DNA of 63,856 nt, the filler included, from Bigelowiella natans CCMP2755 (taxonomy: Eukaryota > Protista > Cercozoa), in NCBI GenBank assembly GCA_000320545.1. It is 6 parts of 6 records of this genome, joined end to end, with 100 filler letters (N's around TTAATTAATTAA, not from the genome) between each part and the next. Parts side by side here need not be neighbours in the genome. Positions count along the whole stretch, not along the records: positions 1 to 15,041 come from ADNK01001369.1; positions 15,142 to 42,548 come from ADNK01001947.1; 4 more parts are not named here. One strand, 5' to 3'. The notes under the pieces are model-generated. The model saw only the letters and a program-made list of their open reading frames with translations. It did no database searches and was not told the origin of the DNA. Shown piece after piece: positions 12,944-24,804 of the stretch (position 1 is the stretch's first letter; each line of letters starts with the position of its first letter). The translations under genes and the position numbers were made by a program.

Positions 12944-14229
12944 TTGCCCTCATAGAGTTGAGTATCCGCTTTTACTACTTACCCCCCACGCGTATGCACT
13001 TCAGTGTATCTCTCTACCATTCTATCATTTTTGCATGAAATCTCGACACGGCAACCTGCCTGCGGAAGCTGTTCTGATTTTTTGAAAAAAAAGAATGGAG
13101 AATTGATGGAGAGCGCACATATGCTGATAGCGTTTTTTATTTGTGGTTTGGCGTGGGGTAGATATTGTCGGAGCTCCTCGCGGACAAACGCCCTTCTCTC
13201 GCGGCGCTCAACGGTACGATGGGGCATCAGGTGAGCTGTCGGAGTTTCGATAGAAGTAGCCGTGGTTAGTAGTAGTTAGTAGTAGTTAGTAGTAGTAGTA
13301 GTAATTGTGGTAGTGGTGGCGACAGCGCTGTCGCAGTATATCATTTGCAATACATGTATACAAACGCGTATTAACACAAATTATGGTATTCTCTTCCAGT
13401 GAGAGGCACGATAGCGATGAGCCATTTTCTTTCCCCCCCCCCCCCCCCCTCCTTTTTACTGGGAAACCGGCCCCTCATTTGACTTGAAACTCGGCAGATC
13501 TTCGAGGGCTGTCTGACGGAAGGAGACTTTTCTCCCGCCTTCATCCGCAGGCAGATGCGCAAAGTGATCCCCGCAGCACGTGGAAGCTCTCTACAGGTTG
13601 TTGGGGGTTGCCAGAGCATTGATAAATATTTTCACAGACAACGCATAAATAGTCATGTGAAGATGCTATCGTTTATAGGCTGCTATGTCATTCTGGCTGA
13701 TATTCTATCTCTCCTTTCTCGCTCTCTCTTTCTCTCTCTCTTTCTCTCTCTCCCTCTCTCTCTCTCTCCCTTTATTTCTCTCTACCCGTCCCCGCTCCTC
13801 ATTTCCTTCACTGCCACCCCCCCCCTTACCTCGCTTCTCCCAACACCTCAGCCTCGGGCGCACGGAGTCGGAGACAGAGCACTTTTTGACCGGATTAATC
13901 CCAAACATCCAGCGGTGGGCGAGGAGCCATGGCCCCTCCCCCTCCCCCTCCTCCTCCTCCGCAGGGCCATTTCTTTCGAATAAAAACAGTTCTGCATTGT
14001 GCAGCAGCAGCAGCGCCCGGCAGCGCCGCCAAGGAAGCCACGCGGCCTCGAGGAACAGTCGGAATGGCAATATCCAGGTTTCAAAGGTAATGCGTTCCCC
14101 CCTCGAGCTGCTGGAGATGGGGGAGAGAAATGGGTGGGTGGGGGGGGGCGAATTAACGTTTTTTGCACTAATTCCCTCCTTTCCGATTAGCATGCACCTT
14201 TGTTGTATGTGTATAAAGATGTTTATACA

Positions 14230-14275
<46 letters not shown>

Positions 14276-14880
14276 TATCTGCTCAGAATGTCTCTTCCAC
14301 CTGAATAATAATAATATCCCTTAAATATATTAACACCTCTTGCCCTTGATGTTCCGTCGCCAGGTGTTGGATGTAGAGGAAGGCATATGGTGCCCTGCTT
14401 TCGGCCTCAAGGGGGTCATCGATGCGTCAGTCGAGATGAGATATCCGTCCTCCTCCCCTGCCTCAGCCCCGCCCCCCTCTTCGTCTTCGCAAACCCACCG
14501 CACGCCCCTCCACCAGCGGCACAGAGCGCGCAGGAAGAATGGGGAGGAGGGGGGGGGGGAGAAGGAGGAGTGCATCGTAAGGGCAGCTCCGTTCGAGCTG
14601 AAGACCGGCAAGCGCATGCACATATCTCACCGCGCGCAGGTACACTCGAGTATAGCAAGCACCGCATGATGGAGATCTGGAAGAAGAATAAAGAAGAAAA
14701 AGAAGAAGAAAAAGAGCTGGTTGCGTCGGGTTGAGAGAGTTGGGGTGCATGAAACACATGTGGACATATAGAATGCCCCCCCCCCCCCCCCGCAGGTTCT
14801 TTTGTACACGCTGCTGATGTCCGACCGGTACGATGAGCACGTGCGGGCAGGGCTGCTCTTTTTTAACGCCCCCTGGGGCC
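10863..14880 (+). CDS. DNA2: DNA replication helicase/nuclease DNA2, N-terminal and nuclease part; truncated at the linker
   Basis: Exons encode LVILHPDTLISGTRVGGSFPCARKAV, ALNGTMGHQ|IFE, VLDVEEGIWCPAFGLKGVIDASV, APFELKTGKR..HRAQ|VLLYTLLMSDRY, matching the Fe-S/PD-(D/E)xK nuclease domain of DNA2. Confidence 0.92.
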
Positions 14881-15041
14881 AAAGGGACCCCACCCAATTG
14901 GTGGTTTTTTGGGTTTCTCCCGGCACCAGAGGCAGAGCAGATTTTTGTTAGTTTTTCCAACCCGGGTGCGTAAAAACCAAGGGGGGGGGGGTTTTCAAAA
15001 AAAACTCCTCAAAAAGGGCCTTGGAGAAAAAAAAAAAAAAA

Positions 15042-15141
15042 NNNNNNNNNNNNNNNNNNNNNNNNNNNNNNNNNNNNNNNNNNNNTTAATTAATTAANNN
15101 NNNNNNNNNNNNNNNNNNNNNNNNNNNNNNNNNNNNNNNNN
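15042..15141. other. Artificial contig linker (N44-TTAATTAATTAA-N44)
   Basis: Identical 100-bp structure repeated five times, with stops in all frames; unrelated truncated genes on either side. Confidence 0.97.
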
Positions 15142-15250
15142 CAACAACCTGGCTTGCCCCTCATGACTAAATGACTGACTCCCCCCCCCCCCCCTTTAAT
15201 GTGCATACGTGCGGCGATGTTTGGACCCTGTCCGGCTGGATTGAATAAAG

Positions 15251-15412
15251 CGCTGTCGCGCGGTTGAAGACAAAGAAGGGCGCTTAAAGGCTCTCCGCTT
15301 CATGGAAATGGACGCCTCGGACCTCAAGTTCCCCGGTGAGATTGTGGTTGTGAATGGGTTTCAAGTTGTGGTATATCCCATGCTTCTATCTCGATTTTAT
15401 AATTACTTTATT

Positions 15413-15484
<72 letters not shown>

Positions 15485-15841
15485 CATATGTTTATTTACT
15501 TATCATCCGAAAGGATGCTGCCAAACCTCAAGGATTTTATGGCTGCTGTCGCTCGCGAAGCTACTCGCGTTGCCAATCAACACGGCTTTTTAATCGAACT
15601 TACTTCTTCTCCCTCTTCCTCCTCCCCCTCCTCTTCCCTGTTTTATTGCTGTCGTGACTGCTGCTGTCTTCTCCCTGCTTCTTCTTTCTCTCTTCCAGAT
15701 AACACGTTCCACATGTGCTTTGAGAAGGGCACGATTGATGCGCTGATTTGCGACTCGAAGCAAAACACGCCCGCTATCAGAAAGATGATTCGAGAGGTAG
15801 CAACGCTGTATTTGCGTGTATAAATTTAAATAATTTGATAG

Positions 15842-15914
<73 letters not shown>

Positions 15915-16152
15915 GCATTGCCATATTGGCAATTTGATGTTTGTGTGGAAGGGGGGGGGATAATGTAAGATCCGTAATACAACGCAGTGCGAATACTGTT
16001 AGGCTTGGCGTGTTCTTCGGCCTGGGGGCGTGTTTGTTGTCATCACGTACGGAGCACCCAAACATCGAATTAAGTTCTTCAAGGTATGCTCTATTACTGG
16101 CAGCGGCATCTGATACGATTTACTGAGAAATGCTATGTGAAATATAACACGT

Positions 16153-16184
<32 letters not shown>

Positions 16185-16814
16185 GCTTGCATTGATCACA
16201 TCCTGTAACGAATTTCTTCTCTTCGTCGCAATCGCTGCCAGGCGCGCTCCTGAAACGCGCGCAAATCCGTCAAATGCGAGCAAGGGATTGACCCTTGACT
16301 GACCCTTCCTTCTTTCGCCGTTTTCCTCGTGCGTGCGCTCAGAATGCGGATAAGAACACCTGCGGCAAGGAAGCGACGCCTTGGGCCATCACGGTATTGT
16401 GGAGAGCAGCAAGCAAGGACCATCCAACCCCGAGCAAATGCATGCATGTATGCATGCGCTCTGGGGATTTAACGCTCCGCGAGATGATTCCAGTATTTGA
16501 GGCGTGAAATCTTAGTGTTTGTTACAAATATCTAGATAAATATAAAATAATATATATATATATATATATATATATGTTCTCTCTGTGTGCGGTGTATTTG
16601 TATCCGAAGGTACGACGGGTGCCCTATTCACCATCTGCTCTCCTTATCCGCCACCTTCGCCTTGCACTCAATGGGTATGGGAAGCGCGGGGCGTGGGGGG
16701 GGTTGGGAAAGAAGAAGCGCAAGAATTGTAATGCAAATGCAACGAATCGCAATCTGGAATTGGGGTCAGAGTGCATACGAAGAAATGGCACCGAAACGTA
16801 TTTTTGCCTACCTT

Positions 16815-16850
<36 letters not shown>

Positions 16851-17798
16851 TACTCGTGAGACAGTGTAGCGGCTAGATCAATCGCCCATTGTTGCCTTTA
16901 GAGAAAAGATTCATCTGGGCTGTCGTTCTGGCAGCAGCGCCTCGTCGAAGGGGTTTGTGTTGATCGTCCCATCGCCCCCTCCCCTTCTCCTCTCCTCATA
17001 CAACAGTAAGCCGCTGCGAAGTGTGACCGGTAAAATGCTAGCAGAAGCTATGGCCAAGGTGAGGCAAGAGGGTGGTCAAGGGTGTATAAACGGGCAGCAG
17101 CATTGCTCTGTTTTTAATATAGTTTTGCGTCTGCTGTGGGCTGATCGTGCCCGTCGTCGCCTCCCCCCCTCCCCCCCCCCCCCTTCCTCCCTTCGAGGTG
17201 CGAGAAGATACAGAGAGATTCGAGACTGCCGAAGATGAAGGGCCAGAAGGAAGTTGAGTGTTTTCCTCTTGGTTTTTTAATTTTTTTTTTTATTGTTGCG
17301 CTCGTTGGCGTTTGCCCCCCCCTCCCCCCCCCTCCCCATTTCCCATTTTCTGGTAGCTAGCTCGAAAGAGAAGGGACGTCTTAGAATTTTGTTTGCTTTT
17401 GCCGTTGCTGCTTTGTTTCAATGTTCATGAATGCACTTTGCGTGAAGGAGGTGTTTTTTTTTTTTTTCTTTTTTTTTTTTGAGCACAGTTTGGTGATCTG
17501 CCATTATGGCGGCAGTGGTGGTGATGATGATGATGATGATGATGATGATGGTTATGACACTGGTGACGATGATGAGGGTGACAATCTGCCCGTTGGGAGG
17601 GAAAGCGATATAGCAAATGGATATCTGCCCGATAAAAAATGTGACGCAAGTGTCGTTTTTTACAACCATTGCGCAGGTGTTTTCTGCTACGCGTATTGCT
17701 GCACAAAAACGGAGGACGCGGCAGTCGTCCAAGTCCTCGATAAGAGTGCACCGCAACAACCGAAAAAAGAAGTGAATGATGGCCATGATCCAAAGTAA
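15251..17798 (+). CDS. Class I SAM-dependent methyltransferase, EEF1AKMT4/METTL13-like; 5' truncated
   Basis: Exons: LRFMEMDASDLKFP|DNTFHMCFEKGTIDALICD...IRKMIRE|AWRVLRPGGVFVVITYGAPKHRIKFF...CYAYCCTK, following the family pattern DKGTLDAL...RVLKPGGxF..ITYG.P. Confidence 0.85.
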
Positions 17799-17957
17799 TG
17801 AGTTGAGTACAGTTGTGTTTGTATTGGTACCGTTTGTCACGTGCTTGTACGGCCGAGTTGCATGAACATCTGTGTGTGCATGGTTGTTGTGTCACATGTT
17901 CGCGAAGAGCTAGAGAGGGCGACTGTTCTTGCAGACAAACGATGTAAGATGCGATTT

Positions 17958-19557
17958 ATGAGACGGATGTAATGAAATGTTTAAATTTATACATCATTGT
18001 GCACGCACATACACACATACAACTCCGTCAAACCCGAGCCGACTGGGGTTTGCACAAACCATGCTTTGCGCGCGCGCTAGCGCGGCCTGGCTAGCTGGTG
18101 CGCTCGATCAATCGTTGCAATTGGACATGTCTAGATGTTGGAAGCACATCATTGGAGCCAGTTTGAAGTTAAATGTTGTTCTTGTTTCCGAGTTTCAGCT
18201 TCAAAACCTCATTTTTCAACGCCTGCGCCAGCGGGCGCAAATTGTAAAATGCTTGCTGCCACTTCTGATGAGCTAGTAAGCTCCACCCGACATTTGGTTG
18301 TTGCCGAGAAAACTCATTGCTGCTTTGTGAAACAAACAAATGCGCGCGTTTGCCCAATGCTGCTAGCTAGACGAGTGGTATTGGCACAACGCGATGTGAT
18401 GGACACTGGACAGGACATGGCAATGTTGCACATGTGTGTGATGCATTTGCTGTCACAGTCTAGCAGTGCACGTTGTCGCTACGTACGACATGAGATGTCT
18501 GTGACAGCCAAGTTGTCCACAATCGCTAGCAGACACTGCTAGACTGGCCACATGCGGCAGAACGCGGCCTGCGGCTAGTGCCAGAGTGCAATGTGTAATT
18601 GGCCAACAGACGCGCTGCTCGCTGATGCTTGTTGTTGCACGTTGATGCAATCAAAGCTTTTTGAAAACAAAACACCAAAACCCTGATGATGAAAATGCAT
18701 TGTGAGCTTGAGCATGCATGCTAAAACAAGCTCCCAAGAGGACATCACCGCTCGCACGCGGGTCTTTCAACTTTTGCGCGCGCGTTTCACGCTTTGCTGT
18801 GACTAGCTTGGTTGAGCACATCACATCACGCCATTTTTGGATTGAAAAGGGAACATTTTTCCCCAACATCATTTCGCCAACTTGTGCTGCAAAAGTTCCC
18901 TTTTGCAACACAACATCTTCCATGTCGATCGCACTGGCCCAAGCGGGTCCAAAATGCCAAACTCACCAACCACTTTCGCACTGGCCCAAGCGGGGCCAAA
19001 ATGCTAAACTTGCCAACTCATTTTGTCCCCCCAGCATGCATCCAACACACTGCTACTGAAACTGAACTGGAACAAAACCACATAGCCAAATAATGCAAGC
19101 ACACGCTTGGTGGTCATGACCGTATAACCGACCACACACTAGCACAATGCATGCGCATACATGCATGCAAGTGTTCGATCCTCGCCAACAAGCTAGCTGC
19201 TAGTGCATGAGCTGCATGACGCGCTAGCACTAGCTCTAGAGCTAGCTAGAGCGCCTAGAGCATGTGATGATGGCAAGCCGCATGCATGCTTTAGGCTTCA
19301 GTGCTGCTAGCATGGTGGCTAATGTGCTAGCACACGCACAGCGTGAGAGCTCACATGTCAAGCTAGCTAGATGCATGAGCGACCGCAGCAGCGCCGCTAC
19401 ATGCAATGCAAGCATGATAGCGCATCGATCTGCGCATGCACATCGCATGACTTGACGGCTCATTGTCGCAACGACGCCACAGTAATATGTAACATGGCAA
19501 GGCCTTTCTAGCTTTGTGCATTGAAATTTAAACATTTCATTATTACATCTGTCTTAT
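17958..19557. mobile_element. Putative non-autonomous TIR DNA transposon (~1.6 kb, decayed)
   Basis: Left ATGAGACGGATGTAATGAAATGTTTAAATTT (17958-17988) is the reverse complement of right AAATTTAAACATTTCAT(TAT)TACATCTGTCTTAT (19524-19557), apart from a 3-nt indel and two C>T changes. No credible ORF inside; target-site duplication unclear. Confidence 0.6.
18929..19022 (+). repeat. 47-bp tandem duplication (2 copies)
   Basis: TCGCACTGGCCCAAGCGGG(T/G)CCAAAATGC(C/T)AAACT(CA/TG)CCAAC at 18929 and 18976. Confidence 0.9.
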
Positions 19558-20324
19558 TATATACCACAGATGTGCACGCATAGCAACTCTGCTAGTTAGG
19601 CTAGCTGGGTTAGCGCACCGAATCAACACATCAACATCACGTCGATATGATCCAAGAAGTTACGCTGGCAAGTATCAGAAATTAGCTATTTATATTTTCC
19701 GTACAAGCGACTAAATAAATATAACACGTTTTCGCAATGCTCTGTGCGCATGCATGTGATGATCACTTCTCACTACATTTTTGTGTAATAAATTCGAAAA
19801 CGGGTTGAGGATTCATAACTCATAACCGCAGTATCGCCGGCTAACAATTTGGGGATTAAGGTTCGGCGTGGCTGTTCCGAGAGATACAGTCATACCGACG
19901 TGCGTTGTGTGTAAGTGCATGGTCAGACGTCTGACCAATACAATACAAATTATGTGGCGAACAGGATCGAGACAGGATCAAGAAAATTTACGATCTGAAT
20001 GAGATCCTTGAAGCCGGGCGTTTAATTTTTCGGGTTGAACGTGGTGTATGGGGGTTGGCTTTTGAGTGGAGTTCGGGTAAGAGGCTGCTGGGTCAAAGTT
20101 AGACATTTGGCTCAAGAAGGGCATATGTTCTCAAGGGCAGCGCATGATTGAATACGTGCCTTGTCTCAGCTTTAGAGCCGAAAGGGTGAAAAGGTGGCGT
20201 AGATGGTGGTGGTAAATAGTTATTTCGATTTCATTTAGTCTTGACCGTGGGGAGTGATGAAGATGCCCGATCAGGCGACATCTTCGTGGGAGACCTTCGG
20301 GAGTTTGGCCTCCCAGATATAAAT

Positions 20325-21015
20325 TTATGATTCATTTGGCGAATCCTTGTGTGCAACAGTGGGTAAATTCTGATTGCTATTCTTAGCTTCCAAGGTGCCT
20401 ATGCTATCCTTGGGTCCAGTGGCTGATGCCTTAGCCATATGGCTTTCGCTTTTCTCGGCTTCTAAAGCACTAGAACTATCAGGTTCTGACGTCAGCTCCT
20501 CTTTTTCATTTAATTTTGAATGGCGTTTCGTGAGAGACAGGAGTACACGCCCAATGCCTGAGGGACTGTGCATCGATGCTTCAGCACTGCTAATTTCCAT
20601 CATTTTGTGCCCTATATTCACAGCGGCATGTGATTGGATTTCGGGGTACAGCCAGAGGCTACGGTCCTTATTCTTCGACATTGACTTGCCCTCTCTGCAT
20701 AATTATGATGCGATTTTAGCGTACATCCAATTGATAATATTACGGCATATGTACAGGTATAAGAACGATTCTGGGGCTCAGTGGGTGGAATATCAGTCAA
20801 ACGATGCAGCATCATTATCTCGTAACACTATGAAGAATGGGCCCAATTAAAATATATTACATTGTATCGACAGTGTAGTCGATTGCGGTCATCATTAGCA
20901 GAACTAAGGGCAGCCAGCGACACCAAGATGTGACCGGTTGCTCCATCGTTTCTCTTCCTGAAGATGGGTGGAGAGCCAACTGTGTGAGGATGGGCGACCG
21001 CGCTGGTCTCTGCCC
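20325..21015 (-). CDS. Hypothetical protein (Ser/Glu-rich), probably spliced
   Basis: 118-aa ORF at 20325-20681 plus GC-richer putative upstream exons next to an AT-rich promoter-like zone; no recognised domain. Confidence 0.3.
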
Positions 21016-21827
21016 TGCAGTCGTTTTTAAGATACAGTTTTAAACTTTTAATTCAGTCGTAATAATGTTGTTTATTAAACAAAATCAATCCCAAAAAATG
21101 TTTTGAATCTGATTTATATATAAACGACATCAAATTTAATGTTAAAATATCACATAAAACTGTTCAAAGCTCTCTCTGAGCCAACTTGGTGAACTGAATA
21201 TTTAGATGTCTTTCAACGAATAAATATTGCATATTCAAAAATATTAGGTTGTCGCTTTTCACGTTTATAATGCATTGATTGTACGGGAAATTTCATTAGA
21301 AGCTAGACAAAGACTGAATATCAGTAATTTATTATTATCAAAAGATTATAAACCAAGGAAGAAAGTAAGATAAGACAAGCATCAGATCATCGTATTTGAG
21401 TTGTAAACCGCAATGCGACACGCGCTTCAAGACTAAAAATAGATTGATAATTCTATTAATAGCTTTACTTCTGAAATAGATTTAGACATTTTGTAATGTA
21501 TTTCTTCGGTTTGCCATATTTCACATATTTAGCGATACAATCAAAATTATCATACATTTTGTCCTTGATTTTACGATCCGAATTATTTTTGAATATTTTA
21601 ATGAAATATCTGTTAGAAAAAACTACGATCAGCGGCGATATTTTTGGATCTTCTGAGCAACTCATTTCACCCATTGTGAATGCATTATGAGTCATTTAGA
21701 CTTGTCGTTCACCCTAAACTCACCACATAAAAGAATATTTGACAGAAATGTCTATATCGAGGATACGTCTTCATTTTATCCATGTCGTACGAGCCCTCGT
21801 TTACATGTGTATGAGGACGTTGAAGAT

Positions 21828-21893
21828 AGAAACTCGAGTGATTCCTCAGAGATTAATTCCAACATTAATCTCTGAGGAATCACTCGAGTTTCT
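21828..21893. promoter_or_regulatory. Perfect inverted repeat (30-bp stem, 6-nt loop) upstream of PMVK
   Basis: AGAAACTCGAGTGATTCCTCAGAGATTAAT-tccaac-ATTAATCTCTGAGGAATCACTCGAGTTTCT. The structure is certain; a regulatory function is only inferred from position. Confidence 0.7.
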
Positions 21894-22008
21894 CACTACT
21901 GCGACAGAGACGAGTTCTCGTTTACGAGGCGAGTTCTCGTGCATCTGCCCTGCGCCAAGTCCTCATACGCTCGATAGAAACTTCGAAAAGACAGGGAGGG
22001 GAGGAATA

Positions 22009-22836
22009 ATGGGAATCGTTTCTTCCATATGCCGTCCTTCAAAACCGAGCAAACAGGTGACCCGCGCTAGTAGGGAGAACAGCACTGCGAGCGTGCTTTC
22101 TTTCATTCATGAGCCAGCTTGCGTCGTCAGGTGCCTGTGGTGGTCATCTTCAGTGGGAAGCGCAAATCTGGCAAGGACTACTGTACTGAAAGACTTAAGA
22201 GTGAGCTGGGACCTGAGACAGCGGAGGTATAATGCACTCAAGATTCGAACGATGCCTCTGTAGTTGTAACTTTTACTGATGATTGTCGCAAGATTGGGAG
22301 GCTCTCCGCGCCGCTAAAGCTCGCGTACGCCAAAGAGCATGATTTGGACTACAAACAGCTCCTATCCGACGGGTACTGTTTATCTAAAAATCGAGGTGTA
22401 GAGTAGCTATACACGCTTATGAGGGAGGATAGAGGCAGGAAGAAAGCGAGAGAGAGAGAGAGCGTGTGATTGTGTTGATCATAAGAATGTGTTTTGCTTA
22501 GACCATACAAAGAGAAATACAGAAAGGACATGATCCGCTGGGGCGAAGAAAGAAGAACGAAAGACCCAGGTAATTCTTTCTTCGAACGATCTCAGAAGCT
22601 CGGGCCCGACAGCTCCGACATCATCATAACTCCTCGCTAATAACAGGGTTCTTTGCCAAACTCGTCGTTGCGGGTTGTACCAGACCTGTGCTCATCATTT
22701 CTGATGCCAGAAGGATCACAGATATCGAGGTAATAGGGAGCAGTATAGCATGATATTATAGGAGGGGAGATATACATATACACACACATATATATACACA
22801 CACAGATAAACACACATATATATAATATGTATATCC

Positions 22837-22904
<68 letters not shown>

Positions 22905-23727
22905 TCCTGTAATCTCCCGAGCCTATTGTCGGTCGGTCGTGCACACTTCGATGGTAACGAAGACCCTAATCATGTCGCTGGAGAAGACGCTCGCTCTTGT
23001 TATGCGTCGTTGTAATGGAGTTCTATTGCCGCTGTTGCTTATTAAAAACAGTTCTTTAAGGATCCTGCGAAGGGTTTTAATCCTATCACTGTTCGGGTTG
23101 AGGCCACAGAGGAGACACGCAAAACGAGGGGATGGTAATAGTAGCAGCAGAAGAAGACTTACTAGTAGTGGCGGGGGTTTAGAAGTGCTGAAAATTATAT
23201 GCAGCATATATGTGGTGCAATAGTAATAGCAGTGGCAGTACTGATAGCAGTAAGTCTAAATAGCAGTCGCTGCTATTCTTGAAATTATCTGGGAATACTT
23301 TTGTCCCCTCCCCCCCCCCCCCCCCAACCACGGCCTTACTTACTGAAAGGGTCTTCACCGACGGCGTGGACAATGTAGAGTCCGAATGCGGCCTCGACGG
23401 GAGAAACTGGGATCACGTCATTCAGAACAACCCCGGAGCTAAAGTCCCGCTTACAGACGCACTCAAGGTATTTTGTGCGCTACACTTTCTCATGGATGCG
23501 AGAGATATGATATGCCTCCTGTGAGGGGCTCGTGTCTTGGCGTGTGCCAGGGCCGCGACAACATGATGACGATGCTGGCTTTAGCATCAAGATAATGTGG
23601 AATGGTTTTGAGTTTGGCTATTCGCTGTGATGGCTAATCCGTACTGTATTTGTGTTTTTCGTCATCCTGACGCACACGGCATCTTCAGATACTCGCCAGT
23701 TCCATCAGAGGACGCCTAGAGGACTAG
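22009..23727 (+). CDS. PMVK: Phosphomevalonate kinase, animal (P-loop/NMP-kinase) type
   Basis: Exons: [16 protein letters not shown]|[22 protein letters not shown]|[27 protein letters not shown]|[23 protein letters not shown]|FF...[12 protein letters not shown]|...[15 protein letters not shown]|[16 protein letters not shown]; stop at 23725-23727. Confidence 0.95.
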
Positions 23728-23729
23728 TC

Positions 23730-24590
23730 TGTGCCCCCTAGCTCGCACCATGCAATAAGCGTACGTACGCGGCCACATCGCCCAGAGCATACAGATAACA
23801 CATATACATATTTGTTCATAGAGACTAGCACATCCAACTCAATGCTATGCATGCACACAATCTAGCAAGCAGCGCAGGAGCGTTTTTTGTGGTTTGTCTA
23901 GTTTGTTTTGAATTGCCCGCCGGCCGCCTCGAGTAGGCACGCGGTCACATCGCATCGCGTGCATAGCCAGGAGAAACTAGAACGCGTGCGCGCGCATCAT
24001 TCCCGGATGACACACTGTGCTGTGCTGCGGCTATGAAGCAATGCAATCGCATCAAGTGTGCATTGAATTGCACGTGTGCATGCTAGCACAGAATGAACAG
24101 CACCACCAGATCGACCATCCATGAATTGAATCTCATCTTGCACTTTGAACAAGCGTTCTTTCTCAGCTGTAGCTAGTTGTGTGATGATGCACTGTGTAGC
24201 ATTTATGCGACCCGTACCTGCTATAGCATAACTCCGCCTGGATCCCATGCGTGTACCAACATCATTCAGGGCCATGCATGCTAGCATGTCACGCACTAGC
24301 GCATGCATGCTATGCGCAAGACGCACGGTCGCGCTGCACGGCGTGCATGCGCATGCCAGCATGGCGGGCGTGGGTATGCATGCACTGACTAAATTCATGA
24401 GCATGTGCAAGTCAAACCATAACATGCGCGCGCAAGGAATTTGTGACAAATTGAGCTGCTGCATATATGCAGCCATGCTAGCATGGTGTGACCGTCGATG
24501 AGTGCGTAGCAGCAAATCTCATGATGGCAATTAAGCTAATGCAAAGCAAAGCAATGATTATAGCCTCCACAGTAGCATGATATACATGTG
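23730..24590. repeat. CTAG/CATG-rich decayed intergenic tract 3
   Basis: Begins immediately after the PMVK stop; dense GCATGC and GCTAGC; lies between convergent genes. Confidence 0.75.
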
Positions 24591-24804
24591 TAGTATATAT
24601 ATTATTATATTACGTTGTAGGTCTATTATTAATATCATATTTATTATAGACACAGTAATATGATATATTTGTAACACGTATCATATTACGTTGTCTATTA
24701 TAACGAAGCTGTTATCATTTTTCATTCGTTATGCGGTGCGATGGCAGAAGCGAACGGCGCTGGCTTGTGCATCCCAGCAAATCGAATTTAACATCTTATC
24801 CAGG

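Larger units (their letters stand above)
17830..19770. repeat. CTAG/CATG/TGCA-rich decayed intergenic tract 2
   Basis: Starts ~30 bp after the methyltransferase stop; dense GCTAGC, CATG, TGCA. Confidence 0.75.

Noticed and set aside
14360-14880. Cas4-like PD-(D/E)xK nuclease as a sign of a CRISPR-type system
   Set aside because: It is the nuclease domain of spliced eukaryotic DNA2; no arrays or cas genes are present.
14880-15041. Apparent frameshift or degeneration at the DNA2 3' end
   Set aside because: Homopolymer-smeared, low-quality contig end next to the linker.
15086-15097. TTAATTAATTAA as a biological motif (e.g. piggyBac TTAA site)
   Set aside because: Always centred in N-runs of identical length, so it is an assembly linker.
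17977-19535. ORFs inside the TIR element as a transposase or Fanzor/TnpB
   Set aside because: Short, biased to Ala/Cys/Met/His by the CATG/TGCA composition, and lacking DDE, RuvC or zinc-finger motifs.
24600-24705. AT-rich imperfect hairpin with a short direct repeat (ATATTACGTTGT) at the edge of tract 3
   Set aside because: Low complexity; too short and imperfect to call an element or footprint.
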